The notes under the pieces were generated by a model. It had not been told where the DNA came from and did no database searches. It worked only from the letters and a program-made list of their open reading frames with translations. DNA of 64,000 nt, from positions 32,001-96,000 of the IMG/VR virus record IMGVR_UViG_3300012018_000002. The stretch is one strand, 5' to 3'. Positions 45,774 to 55,662 of this stretch are shown here, piece by piece (the stretch's first letter is position 1; every line of letters begins with the position of its first letter). Position numbers and translations under genes: made by a program. The stretch is from a virus. Taxonomy: Duplodnaviria; Caudoviricetes.

Positions 45774-46638
45774 TATGAAAAAATTATATACACTCTTATC
45801 TTTAGTATTATTAATGTCATGCACATTAATACCTACTCCTATGGCAAAATTAATCCCTTCTACTTTTGATGCTACTCCATTAGGGGAGACAGGAACTTAT
45901 GAAGGTTATGAAACTTCTTTAGGAACTACTGAAGCACACTTATTAAATGCACCAAGAATAAAACCTATTAATGGTAAAATAGTAATGGTAAGTATTGGAG
46001 CTTCTGTTCAAAATCAAATATCAGAAAGATTTGAACAAAGAGTTCCTGAACTTACTAGCACTAAATTTAAATTTGTTAACTTAGCACAACCTGCTAAAGA
46101 TATTAATGATTGGTTAACTGACCCTAATGTTTGGACAATTGCTAATAATAGATTAGAAGACGCAAATGTTTTAAATACAGAAGTTCAGGTAATTTGGTTA
46201 CAAGATGATATTCTTAATGATGATATACCTTCTTTTCCAGCAACTTCTTTAATGGTAAAAGATTCTTTAATATCACTTATTAATAAAATTAAACTAGAAT
46301 TTCCAAAAGTTAAACATATATTTATATCAGGAAGACCTTATACAGGTTTTTCAGAAGATATTAAACACGATGAACCTAAAGGTTATTATAATGGATTTGC
46401 TGCTAAGTGGTTAGTAGAAGACCAAATTGCAGGATTACTTCCACCTAAACCTTGGATATGTGATGCTATATATATGTGGACTAATGGAGTAGAACCTAGA
46501 TTAGATGGATTTTTTATTTTACCTGGTGATTATAATACTGATGGTGTTCACTTATCTGGTCAAGGTAAAACTAAATTTGGAGATTATTTATTTGAACAAC
46601 TTACTACAAATCAAGTAAGTTCTAAATATGTTTACTAA
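45766..46638 (+). CDS. Putative lipoprotein with SGNH-hydrolase-like domain
   Basis: MKK..LLSLVLLMSC lipobox; SIGAS (block I) and DGVHL (block V). Confidence 0.6.
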   Translation: MNNMKKLYTLLSLVLLMSCTLIPTPMAKLIPSTFDATPLGETGTYEGYETSLGTTEAHLLNAPRIKPINGKIVMVSIGASVQNQISERFEQRVPELTSTKFKFVNLAQPAKDINDWLTDPNVWTIANNRLEDANVLNTEVQVIWLQDDILNDDIPSFPATSLMVKDSLISLINKIKLEFPKVKHIFISGRPYTGFSEDIKHDEPKGYYNGFAAKWLVEDQIAGLLPPKPWICDAIYMWTNGVEPRLDGFFILPGDYNTDGVHLSGQGKTKFGDYLFEQLTTNQVSSKYVY

Positions 46639-47051
46639 TGATGAGCTTTGGAATAAAAAAAGAAACAACTCACTTTAAAGAGTTTACTGGTGGTGCTGCT
46701 CAAGTAACAGCATCTACTACAGCATATGCTCCAATTAATGGAACTACTAACTATAATGCTACAGAGAATAACAGACAAAGTTTAATATCAAGAAACTGTC
46801 TAATTTCTAATCTTGTAGTGGTAACAGGAAGTTCACAACCAGCTTCTGGTTCTCTGACATTAACTGTTAGAAAAAATGGAGTAGATACAACTTTAACAAT
46901 AACTATACCAGCAAACCAAGCAGCAGGAACTTTTACAGATACTACTCACACAGTATCTTTTGCAGCAGGAGATTTAATATCTTTAAAAGGTGTTAATGCA
47001 GCTACAGGTAACTCTGCAGCTTTAGTAGCATGGTCTATAAAAACTAAATAA
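46638..47051 (+). CDS. Small beta-sandwich fibre-tip-like protein
   Basis: TLTVRKNG...SFAAGDLISL. Confidence 0.55.
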   Translation: MMSFGIKKETTHFKEFTGGAAQVTASTTAYAPINGTTNYNATENNRQSLISRNCLISNLVVVTGSSQPASGSLTLTVRKNGVDTTLTITIPANQAAGTFTDTTHTVSFAAGDLISLKGVNAATGNSAALVAWSIKTK

Positions 47052-47052
47052 T

Positions 47053-47346
47053 ATGGTAAACGAAAAAACAGAACAACTACTTACTGAAATATTAAGTCTA
47101 TTAAAACCAAGCAGAACCTCTGTTATATTTGGTAGTTCAACTACAACAGGTTCTTTTCTTTCAGGTGCTTCTAAAATTTCTATTAGAAATAGTGGTGGTG
47201 CAAATGCAACTATCACATCTAATGGAACTAGTTATACTTTAGAACCAGATGAAATTATAAGTCTTGAAGGTGGTATTACAAGAATTAATAACTTAATTAC
47301 TTTTGATGCTACAGGAACTACAATTAAATATATAATCTACTATTAA
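47053..47346 (+). CDS. Hypothetical structural-module protein
   Basis: 97 aa beta-rich. Confidence 0.6.
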   Translation: MVNEKTEQLLTEILSLLKPSRTSVIFGSSTTTGSFLSGASKISIRNSGGANATITSNGTSYTLEPDEIISLEGGITRINNLITFDATGTTIKYIIYY

Positions 47347-47900
47347 TGACTCAAGATATTTCTTTAGATTTATTAAATAAAAATGGTGTATATAAAATAA
47401 CTAATACATCTAAAAATAGATTTTATATTGGTTCTACTTCTCAAGGATTTTTAAAAAGATTTAAACAACATCTTTATATTTTAAAAAAAGGAAAATCTAT
47501 TCAAAGATATAATCAATGGATGGTAAGAGATTATCGTTTAAATAATAGCTTCATTTTTGAAGTTATAGAAACCATAGAAGAAAAAAATAAAATTCAAGAA
47601 AGAGAACAATATTATCTTGATTTATATTTTAACAAAGATAACTGTTATAATATGTGTCCTAAAGCAGATGGTGTTAAAGGACATAAGATGCCAGAAGAAA
47701 GTAAAAAAAGAATATCTGAAGCAGTAAAAAAGAGAGGTAATCCTCAATCAATGAAAATTGTATTGGATACTCAAACAGGAATATTTTATGACAGTGTTAA
47801 AGAAGTCTCAAATATACTTGGTTATAATAGAAGAGTTTTAGCTAATATGCTAAATCCAAAACAAACAAATATTAATCGAACTAATTTAAAATACGTATAA
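47346..47900 (+). CDS. GIY-YIG homing endonuclease with NUMOD-type DNA-binding tail
   Basis: GVYKI...FYIGS, R..QH, REQYYLD, YN, H..EESKKRISE. Confidence 0.88.
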   Translation: MTQDISLDLLNKNGVYKITNTSKNRFYIGSTSQGFLKRFKQHLYILKKGKSIQRYNQWMVRDYRLNNSFIFEVIETIEEKNKIQEREQYYLDLYFNKDNCYNMCPKADGVKGHKMPEESKKRISEAVKKRGNPQSMKIVLDTQTGIFYDSVKEVSNILGYNRRVLANMLNPKQTNINRTNLKYV

Positions 47901-47901
47901 A

Positions 47902-48201
47902 TTGACTACTGAATGTTTTGACATATGGAAAGGTTACTTTGCTTATAAACTAAATGATTTAGGTAATAATTTATCTATTGCACAAAGTTATGCAACAAAG
48001 AAAGAACTTTGCTATCGTCAAGATTTGATTATAGCTACTTTCTTATTTAGAGCTATTTGTCAATTATGCTTTTATACAGAAGCAGAGCAGGAAGCAGATG
48101 ATACTTTAACAACTGGTGATAAACTTGGTTGTGCTACTCATGATGAGATTATGACTATTATAAATAAATTAAAATCAATACTAGACGAATGTGGTTGCTA
48201 A
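47902..48201 (+). CDS. Cys-containing hypothetical protein
   Basis: 99 aa; TTG start, possibly displaced by the endonuclease insertion. Confidence 0.55.
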   Translation: MTTECFDIWKGYFAYKLNDLGNNLSIAQSYATKKELCYRQDLIIATFLFRAICQLCFYTEAEQEADDTLTTGDKLGCATHDEIMTIINKLKSILDECGC

Positions 48202-48713
48202 GACTAATTGTTATAATGTTTTTACTTTCTTCTTGCTCTGCTGAAAAGTTATTACAAAGAGCATATAAGAAAGACCCATCTTTACTAAAACAAGATACAA
48301 TACTTATTCCTGAAATAAAGATAGATACGTTTTATAAATTTGACACAGTAGAAATAAAATCAGACCTTGATTCCATACTTGATTCTATTGACATGCTTGA
48401 TAGCTGCCCTGATGCAAAAACTGAAATCATTAAGGAAATAACTAAATACATTACTACAAATCTTATAACAGATACATTGTATTATGAAAGTTATTTAAAT
48501 AATGATAGTGTAGATTTACATCTAGCATTAAAAGTATGGCAGGAAAAAGGAGAGATAAAATTTAACTCAGTATTACTAGATAGTAAAATATTAACCAAAG
48601 CACCTATTACTGTTATAAAAGAAGATTCATTGTTTAATAAAAAACAAGAAATCATATTCTTAATTATATCAGGAATAATAATAATTTTAATAATATGGCG
48701 AACTTTAAAATAG
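48189..48713 (+). CDS. Lipoprotein with C-terminal TM helix (unimolecular spanin-like)
   Basis: LLSSC lipobox, C-terminal TM, adjacent to the endolysin. Confidence 0.55.
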   Translation: MWLLRLIVIMFLLSSCSAEKLLQRAYKKDPSLLKQDTILIPEIKIDTFYKFDTVEIKSDLDSILDSIDMLDSCPDAKTEIIKEITKYITTNLITDTLYYESYLNNDSVDLHLALKVWQEKGEIKFNSVLLDSKILTKAPITVIKEDSLFNKKQEIIFLIISGIIIILIIWRTLK

Positions 48714-49264
48714 CATTTGAAAAAACACTCGTAGCTGAAGGAGGATACTCTAATCATCAAGCAGATGGTGGTGGTGAAACTTATTGTGGTGTAGCTAGAA
48801 AGTTTCATCCTAATTGGTCTGGTTGGGTATTAATAGACGAGTATAAAAAACAACCTGGGTTTCCTAAGAATATAGAAAAATCAAAACTCATCAGTCATAT
48901 AGAAACATTTTATAAAGTTAATTTCTGGGATGATATGAGGTTAGATGAAATAATCAATCAAGATATTGCTGAAGAAATCTATGATACAGGGGTTAATATG
49001 GGACCTTCAGTTTCTATTAAATTGGCACAGGAAGCATGTAACCTTTTAAACAGACAAGGTAAAGATTATCCAGATATTGAACAAGATGGTATTATAGGTA
49101 AAAATACTATAAAGACCATTAACAATCATCCTCACCCAACAACACTATTTAACTTATTAAACTTTTTACAAGCAGAAAGATATATTAACATATGTCGTAA
49201 AAATCGTTCACAAGAAGTTTTTATGAGAGGATGGCTTAATCAAAGAGTTATCTCTAAAAAGTAA
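48695..49264 (+). CDS. GH108 lysozyme (endolysin)
   Basis: EGGYSN...D.GGET..G, YD.GVN.G, DGIIG..T, F.RGW..R. Confidence 0.9.
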   Translation: MANFKIAFEKTLVAEGGYSNHQADGGGETYCGVARKFHPNWSGWVLIDEYKKQPGFPKNIEKSKLISHIETFYKVNFWDDMRLDEIINQDIAEEIYDTGVNMGPSVSIKLAQEACNLLNRQGKDYPDIEQDGIIGKNTIKTINNHPHPTTLFNLLNFLQAERYINICRKNRSQEVFMRGWLNQRVISKK

Positions 49265-49318
49265 CTGGAGTTTCTCATGACAGAATGTTTATTGTCATAA
49301 ATATTTTCCGTAAAAAAA

Positions 49319-49362
49319 GGGGTTTATGTAGTTTTTCATAGTTACTACATAGACCCTATTTT
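49319..49362 (+). terminator. Intrinsic terminator-like hairpin after the lysis genes
   Basis: GGGTTTATGTAGT/ACTACATAGACCC followed by TATTTT. Confidence 0.55.
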
Positions 49363-49421
49363 CATTTTGTAACCTAACAAACAATCTTTCTTTTTTTAAC
49401 TAATTTACTTAAATTTGTATT

Positions 49422-50123
49422 ATGTCTGAATTACGCACTATTGATGCACATATAGGAGAACTAAGAAAACTAATAAAACAGTTTTCAGATGATTCTGTAT
49501 ATGATGATGAATTTCTATATAAAGTATTTATAGAAGCAAGGTCTACAATATTAGGTAGACAATTAGAGTCTTTAAAATATAAGAGCCAGTGGAACTGGAT
49601 GACTATTATTGTTCCACTAGAAAAAGCAGATTACTTTGAAGATAATTCTTTTCCTGAAGGTATTACTTGTAAGGTTAGAAAATCTATGTATAAGATACCA
49701 AGACCTTTTGCAACTAAGTTAAAAGAGGTTATGCAAGTTCTAACTTTATCTGGAGACACTATTAGTCCTGGTAATCTAAAAGATGCTCAAAACTTAAAGC
49801 ATACAAAGACAATGCAAAATCAAATGTTGTGGGAAATTAAAGATGAATATCTTATAATCCATAACAATCTTCAAATTAAAGCCTTACCTATAAGAGCAAT
49901 ATTTGAAAATCCATTAGAGGTTGCTGAGTTTCCAAAATATAATACATCAGGAGAGTATGTAGATGAAACTTGTTTTAATCCACATATTCAACATGTTCCA
50001 ATGGACATGGATTTAAATGATGCTTGTTATACTCAAGTATTAAAAAAACTAGGACTAGTTGCACCTTTGGTAGAAGATAGAAGTAATAATCATGCAAGTC
50101 CTACTACACAAAATACAATATGA
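49422..50123 (+). CDS. Tail ring protein
   Basis: IP.P...YL.I...AIFENP.EV motif of crAss-like tail module proteins. Confidence 0.55.
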   Translation: MSELRTIDAHIGELRKLIKQFSDDSVYDDEFLYKVFIEARSTILGRQLESLKYKSQWNWMTIIVPLEKADYFEDNSFPEGITCKVRKSMYKIPRPFATKLKEVMQVLTLSGDTISPGNLKDAQNLKHTKTMQNQMLWEIKDEYLIIHNNLQIKALPIRAIFENPLEVAEFPKYNTSGEYVDETCFNPHIQHVPMDMDLNDACYTQVLKKLGLVAPLVEDRSNNHASPTTQNTI

Positions 50124-50578
50124 AAAGACTTTCAATAACTAAAAGTTATAATAGCCTACCTAATAAAAAGAATAAAACACACCCTGATTTTATTACAAAA
50201 CAAGTATATAAAAATATTAATGATTGTTTTAATAAAAGTTTATTTGAAGCATTATTGATTACAGGAGATGAATTCAATTTACCAGAAAGATTAGGAACTC
50301 TTAGATTTATAAAGTTCAAACCTAAAAATCCTTCAATTGATTTTGCAGCTAGTAAAAAACATGGAATGAGAATAGTTCATGATAACTATCATTCTGATGG
50401 ATATGCTGTAAAATTAAGATGGGATAAATCAAAAGCCAATTTTAAAAATAAAAGAATTTGGGATTTACATTTAGTAAGACATCATTTAAGATTAAATGAA
50501 CTAAGTGTAAAAAACTATATCATGAAACATGGTGTTTCACAATTCTTAGAAAATACAATTTATTATGCTAATAACTAA
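50120..50578 (+). CDS. IHF-like protein of the crAss-like tail module
   Basis: F.LP.RLG.L...K...ID...SK......H.N.HSDGY....W.K. Confidence 0.65.
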   Translation: MKRLSITKSYNSLPNKKNKTHPDFITKQVYKNINDCFNKSLFEALLITGDEFNLPERLGTLRFIKFKPKNPSIDFAASKKHGMRIVHDNYHSDGYAVKLRWDKSKANFKNKRIWDLHLVRHHLRLNELSVKNYIMKHGVSQFLENTIYYANN

Positions 50579-51386
50579 CTACGTTCCTTTAAGTGCTGCA
50601 GTTCAAGAAGTATATAGATTACTTCCTAAAGACCAAGTAGATTATAATGAAATCTATGAGATGGCATACTCTGCATATGAAGCTATCATGGTAAGACAAT
50701 TATATGATGAAGTTATATATCTAGTAGATGTAGAAAATCATACTTTTCAATTACCTAAAGGTTTAAGATATATTGAACAAATGTTTTTTAAGGATACTAC
50801 AACTAGTCCTTCTACAACTAATGTTCCTATTTACCAGGGAGATGCAAACACTACTACAGTAATTACTACTGATTGGGCATTCCTTTTAGCTGATGAAACA
50901 GCTAGATGGCAACCACTAAGATTATCTCCTAGTATATGGAGTAATACTTTTGTATGTTCTAACTCACCAACAATTAGTGCTATATCTGAACATACTTATA
51001 CTATTACTAAAAATAGATGTGGTATAACTTCTTTTGAGTCTGGTCAAATTGCTATAGGTGGATTAAGATACCCTGTTGATGAAACAGGTGAATTATTAAT
51101 TCCTGACCATAGAGATGTAAGAGAAGCTATTAAATATAATATATTAATGAATTATTTCTTAGTTAGAGATATTCTTCAAATACAAGGAACTGATAATATG
51201 GAAAGAAAATATAGAGGTTATTGGGAAGTATATGCTGCTAAGTGTAGGGGTAATTTAATGTTGATGGGTATTGACCAATTAGAAAACTTTAGAACTCAAA
51301 TGCAAAGAATTGGACAGCATAATGAAACTTATAATAATGCATTTTCTAATTTATCAACTCAAGAAAATTTAAATTTAAATGGATAA
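50565..51386 (+). CDS. Tail tubular/ring protein
   Basis: LP....IE, TSFESG, P.DE.G...IPD; directly precedes the muzzle gene. Confidence 0.6.
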   Translation: MLITNYVPLSAAVQEVYRLLPKDQVDYNEIYEMAYSAYEAIMVRQLYDEVIYLVDVENHTFQLPKGLRYIEQMFFKDTTTSPSTTNVPIYQGDANTTTVITTDWAFLLADETARWQPLRLSPSIWSNTFVCSNSPTISAISEHTYTITKNRCGITSFESGQIAIGGLRYPVDETGELLIPDHRDVREAIKYNILMNYFLVRDILQIQGTDNMERKYRGYWEVYAAKCRGNLMLMGIDQLENFRTQMQRIGQHNETYNNAFSNLSTQENLNLNG

Positions 51387-54300
51387 TTTAAGAGGTATAA
51401 ACACTGATTTAAGTCATAAAAATCAGCCACCAGGAACTTATAGGTTTGCTTTAAATGCTATTAACAATAGCAAAGAAGGAGATATGAAAAGCATTTCTAA
51501 TGAACAAGGAAATGAATTTGATGTTTCTTTCACTACTAACTTTTTGCCTATAGGTAGTTGTTTTATTAATCCTGATTATACTATAGTTTTATCAGCAGGA
51601 ATAGAAGGATTAGAAGACTATGTAAGAATAGATAAAAGAGTAAATGGTTTACTACAAAACATTATGTATATAAAAGATAGTGGTTGGACAACTAGTAAAC
51701 AAGTAAAAATAAAACATAAAGTTTTAAATGGCTGTGATGATATTATTATTATAACTGATGGACAAAATCCAATTAGATATATTAACATATCTCAGCTTCA
51801 GAACTATTTACTTGATGGAGAAACAACAACATCTGCTAACTTAGATGGAGAAGGTTGGGATTTAGGATTGATGAATATATCACCTGATTTTCAATCACCT
51901 ACTCTTTCTTCTATTGATGTATCAGACTCTTCTGGTAATTTGGAAATTGGTTCATATATTATTGTTCCTCAATATCTTACAAGTTCATTAGACCCTTCTT
52001 CTTGGTTATCACATATTGGTGTTATACCTATTTATGATGAACCTTTTTATGGAGAATATACTAACATTGATGGTGGAACTACAACTCTTGTAGAAACAAC
52101 AAACAAAGCTATAAGATTACAATTTACAAATCTTGATACTTCTTTTTCTTATTTAAGACTTGCTCTTATATCTAATATTGATGGTGCTATAAGTTCAAAT
52201 ATAATAGCAACTATTCCTATTACTAGCACTGGTGTAAATTATATTATTACAGGTAATGAAGTTAAGACAGCTATTGCTTTAGAGGAAATAGTTATTGATA
52301 ATAATATATATGACAGTGCAGAAGATATAGAATTATATGATGACAGGCTATGGTTATTAAATGTAAAAGAAAGACAAATAGACCATGCTATTTTACAACA
52401 AGCAGCTTTCAATGTAAAAGCTCACTGGTTTACTACCAATATAAATGCTGAAATTTCAGGAGGATTAGATACTAAGAGTGCTACCTATTATCTTAATTAT
52501 AGAAGTTATATGAGAGATGAAGCGTATGCTTTTGGTATCCAATATAGATTTAAAAATGGTTGGTTATCAAGAGTTTATGCTTTAGCTAGTAGAGAAAAAG
52601 ATACTGGTTTTTATACATCATTACCTACAAATACAGAACCTAATCCTTGGCATAATAGACTAGCTCCAACTACTGGTTGGGATTCTACTTTATATAGAGT
52701 AGGTGTTGATATACCATTAGTAGATGTAGAGCATCTAGGATTTACAACTGGCTCTGAAGACATAGGAGATGGTCCAGGATATGTTCAAAGATGGAAAGTA
52801 TTTAATACAGCTACTGTAGATTCTTCTGTTGGAAGTGGATTATATTTTAGTAGTGGAGAATTTGCTTATACTGAATCAACTGATAGGTATCCAAGTAACT
52901 CAGTATATGGAAGTAACTCAGGACAACCTATAAGAGACTTTAAATTTCCAGATGCTATACTTAATCAAATAGGATATGGAGAGGCAGGAACAAATGCAGG
53001 TGCTAGTTTTGAAACTGATTACATTGCTAAAAACTATAGAATATTTCCTATAGGAATTGCTTTTACTGATATTAATATTCCTGCAGAATATGCAGATGAA
53101 ATAGTTGGATATGAAATAGTAAGAATAGAAAGAAATGAATTTAACTCTACTGTTCTTGATAAAGGTATTTTAACCAAGGTTGTAGAAACTCAATTCTCAG
53201 GAACTGTAGATGAAGATTATATTCAACAATTATTTGGAACAACTTTTACTAATGTTGTAGAACCTGATTATACTAAATTTATAAATGATAAATACCAGGT
53301 ATTACATAATCCATTAAGTAAGTTTACAAATTCAATTTCTGGTTCTTATATTAAAGTAGAAGGAGAACATCATGGAAGAAGTGAACTTTATCCAGGAACT
53401 GGTAACTTAGGAAGAGTAATGATTGTTCCTGGTGATGACCTAGGTGGTATTAATACATTTAGTGAAACTTTATATAATAGAAAAATAGTAGCGAAAGATT
53501 TTATAGCTTCTGATTCTTTATCTACTAGTTCACTAAGTATTAACGTAGATAATACAGAACAACAAGAAGGTTTATTTATAGAATTAAATAACACATTACC
53601 TTTTAATAAACTTCCAATTGCTACAGATAATTTCTTTTTATATGCAGCAATAAAACAATTAATTAGTAATCAATATGGAACAGTCGAAGGTAGAGTTTAT
53701 ATACCTACAGATTCTATATTACATACAGAAACTTCTTGTGAAATATATGGTGGTGATATATTTATTTCTCCTTTAACTTACAGAAGATGTGAGAGAATGG
53801 ATAGAAAATACAATCCTTTAAATCATGAAGAAGAAGATTCTGGTGGTTCTGCATTTACTTTACACTCAAGATATTTGTATAAACATTATGTTGAAAGCAC
53901 TATCAATTGTAATTTAAGACATGAAGGAACTGATGATACAGAAATATATTATCCTAAAAGTGCATATGAAGATATTCAAAGTTTCCTAAACATAGAAGGT
54001 GATTGGTCTACAGATTTAATTCCTAACTACTATGCTTATAATAGTGCATTTTCTCAAGAGAATAATATCAAGACTTATTTTGGTTTACCTTTTAATTTTG
54101 ACTATGATAACAATTGTATTGGTGAATTTAATACAAGAATAGCATGTTCACAGAAAGATAATATAGAATCAAGTGCTGATTCAAACAAAATATTTTTACC
54201 TAACAATTATAGAGACCTTCCTAAAAATAAAGGCGTAGGTCTATCTTTGTTTACTAGAGCTGATAAGTTATATGCACACTTTGAAAGAACATTATATTTA

Positions 54301-55662
54301 ATTCCTGTAAAAGACCAGGCAGTAAAAGTTGGTGATATAAATGCTTATTTTGGAACAGGTGAAGTATTATCAATTCCACCTAATGAGTTAATCACTATAG
54401 AAAAAGGATATGCTGGACTATCTTCTAAATCATCATTTATAGATACTCCTTATGGTTCTTTGTTTGTAAGTCATGAAGATAGAAAAGTATTTTTATTATC
54501 TGACTCATTAGAACCTATTAGTAATTTAGGTTTAGCTACATGGAGTTTTGATAATATGAAATTTAAATTCATAGATTCTTTTAATGATTTAATGAGACAA
54601 GCTAATTTACCTATTGCATTTGATAGGTTTAGAAATAACTGTTCTCCTTATGGTATAGGCTTCCACTCAACTTATGACCCAAGGTATGATAGAGTAATTA
54701 TTACAAAGAGAGATTATAAAATAAAATTTGGTATAGGTATAGGAAGTGGATTGTTTTCTGGAATATATAACTCTTTAATTGTGTATCCAGAAGGTTCTAT
54801 TGTTTGGAATACTACTGACCAGGTATTTGAAGTAGTAACAGGAGTTGGTCTAGGAAATCAAATTAGAACACCTATTAATTACTATGATACAGATTACTTT
54901 GAAAATCATAGCTTTACACTTTCTTATTCATTTCTTTCTAAGTCATGGGTAAGTTTCCACTCTTATATTCCTTTGTTTTATATGTATGATAAAGAACAAT
55001 TTTATTCTTTAAACTATACACAATCAAAAGTGGTAAATGGTTCAACTATAAACTATACTCCTTCTGCATCTAGTTTTGATTTATACAAACATGCAGCAAC
55101 TTCTAGTTTTCAAAGATATTACGGTTTTAGAAAAAATCATATAATAGATTTAGTTATGACAACTAATTCTCCATCTAACTTTTCAAACATATTCTTAGAC
55201 ACCAGAGCAAGTATATTAGATACTACATACAATGAATGGTATGATGTAGAAGATATAACTTATAGTAACTTTATTGCTTATAATACAAGACAATGCACAG
55301 GTCAACATAATATAGTAATCTTAGATGATTACAATGAAGCTACAAACTGGTCATCTAATATATCTTATGCTAGAAGATTAAATACTGTTTGGAGAATTAA
55401 TAATTTAAGAGATTTGGTTTCTAGTAGAACTATGTCTTATTTTACATCACAATACAGTGATATATCTTCAAACTATTTTATTGATAAAGTATTAAATGAA
55501 AATGCTATTAATTATGATACTTCACAATATGAGTTAAAAAGAATGAATGATACTTGGTTAGGAATTAGATTAACTTTTAATGCTATTCCTCAACAATTAG
55601 ATTCAAACAAAATTAAACTAACAACTAACATTATCGAAACTTTAAATTATCAATCAAGATGA
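51379..55662 (+). CDS. Tail stabilisation/muzzle protein
   Basis: 1427 aa; G.NTD...YRFALNA, TDG.NPIRYINI, SYMRDE.Y.FGI, TLSYS....W.SFHSY.P. Confidence 0.75.
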   Translation: MDNLRGINTDLSHKNQPPGTYRFALNAINNSKEGDMKSISNEQGNEFDVSFTTNFLPIGSCFINPDYTIVLSAGIEGLEDYVRIDKRVNGLLQNIMYIKDSGWTTSKQVKIKHKVLNGCDDIIIITDGQNPIRYINISQLQNYLLDGETTTSANLDGEGWDLGLMNISPDFQSPTLSSIDVSDSSGNLEIGSYIIVPQYLTSSLDPSSWLSHIGVIPIYDEPFYGEYTNIDGGTTTLVETTNKAIRLQFTNLDTSFSYLRLALISNIDGAISSNIIATIPITSTGVNYIITGNEVKTAIALEEIVIDNNIYDSAEDIELYDDRLWLLNVKERQIDHAILQQAAFNVKAHWFTTNINAEISGGLDTKSATYYLNYRSYMRDEAYAFGIQYRFKNGWLSRVYALASREKDTGFYTSLPTNTEPNPWHNRLAPTTGWDSTLYRVGVDIPLVDVEHLGFTTGSEDIGDGPGYVQRWKVFNTATVDSSVGSGLYFSSGEFAYTESTDRYPSNSVYGSNSGQPIRDFKFPDAILNQIGYGEAGTNAGASFETDYIAKNYRIFPIGIAFTDINIPAEYADEIVGYEIVRIERNEFNSTVLDKGILTKVVETQFSGTVDEDYIQQLFGTTFTNVVEPDYTKFINDKYQVLHNPLSKFTNSISGSYIKVEGEHHGRSELYPGTGNLGRVMIVPGDDLGGINTFSETLYNRKIVAKDFIASDSLSTSSLSINVDNTEQQEGLFIELNNTLPFNKLPIATDNFFLYAAIKQLISNQYGTVEGRVYIPTDSILHTETSCEIYGGDIFISPLTYRRCERMDRKYNPLNHEEEDSGGSAFTLHSRYLYKHYVESTINCNLRHEGTDDTEIYYPKSAYEDIQSFLNIEGDWSTDLIPNYYAYNSAFSQENNIKTYFGLPFNFDYDNNCIGEFNTRIACSQKDNIESSADSNKIFLPNNYRDLPKNKGVGLSLFTRADKLYAHFERTLYLIPVKDQAVKVGDINAYFGTGEVLSIPPNELITIEKGYAGLSSKSSFIDTPYGSLFVSHEDRKVFLLSDSLEPISNLGLATWSFDNMKFKFIDSFNDLMRQANLPIAFDRFRNNCSPYGIGFHSTYDPRYDRVIITKRDYKIKFGIGIGSGLFSGIYNSLIVYPEGSIVWNTTDQVFEVVTGVGLGNQIRTPINYYDTDYFENHSFTLSYSFLSKSWVSFHSYIPLFYMYDKEQFYSLNYTQSKVVNGSTINYTPSASSFDLYKHAATSSFQRYYGFRKNHIIDLVMTTNSPSNFSNIFLDTRASILDTTYNEWYDVEDITYSNFIAYNTRQCTGQHNIVILDDYNEATNWSSNISYARRLNTVWRINNLRDLVSSRTMSYFTSQYSDISSNYFIDKVLNENAINYDTSQYELKRMNDTWLGIRLTFNAIPQQLDSNKIKLTTNIIETLNYQSR

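Noticed and set aside
52909-52919. GAAGTAACTC match to the Y-module motif inside the muzzle gene
   Set aside because: Coding context without the flanking stems or GGTG/TTTTCC; chance match
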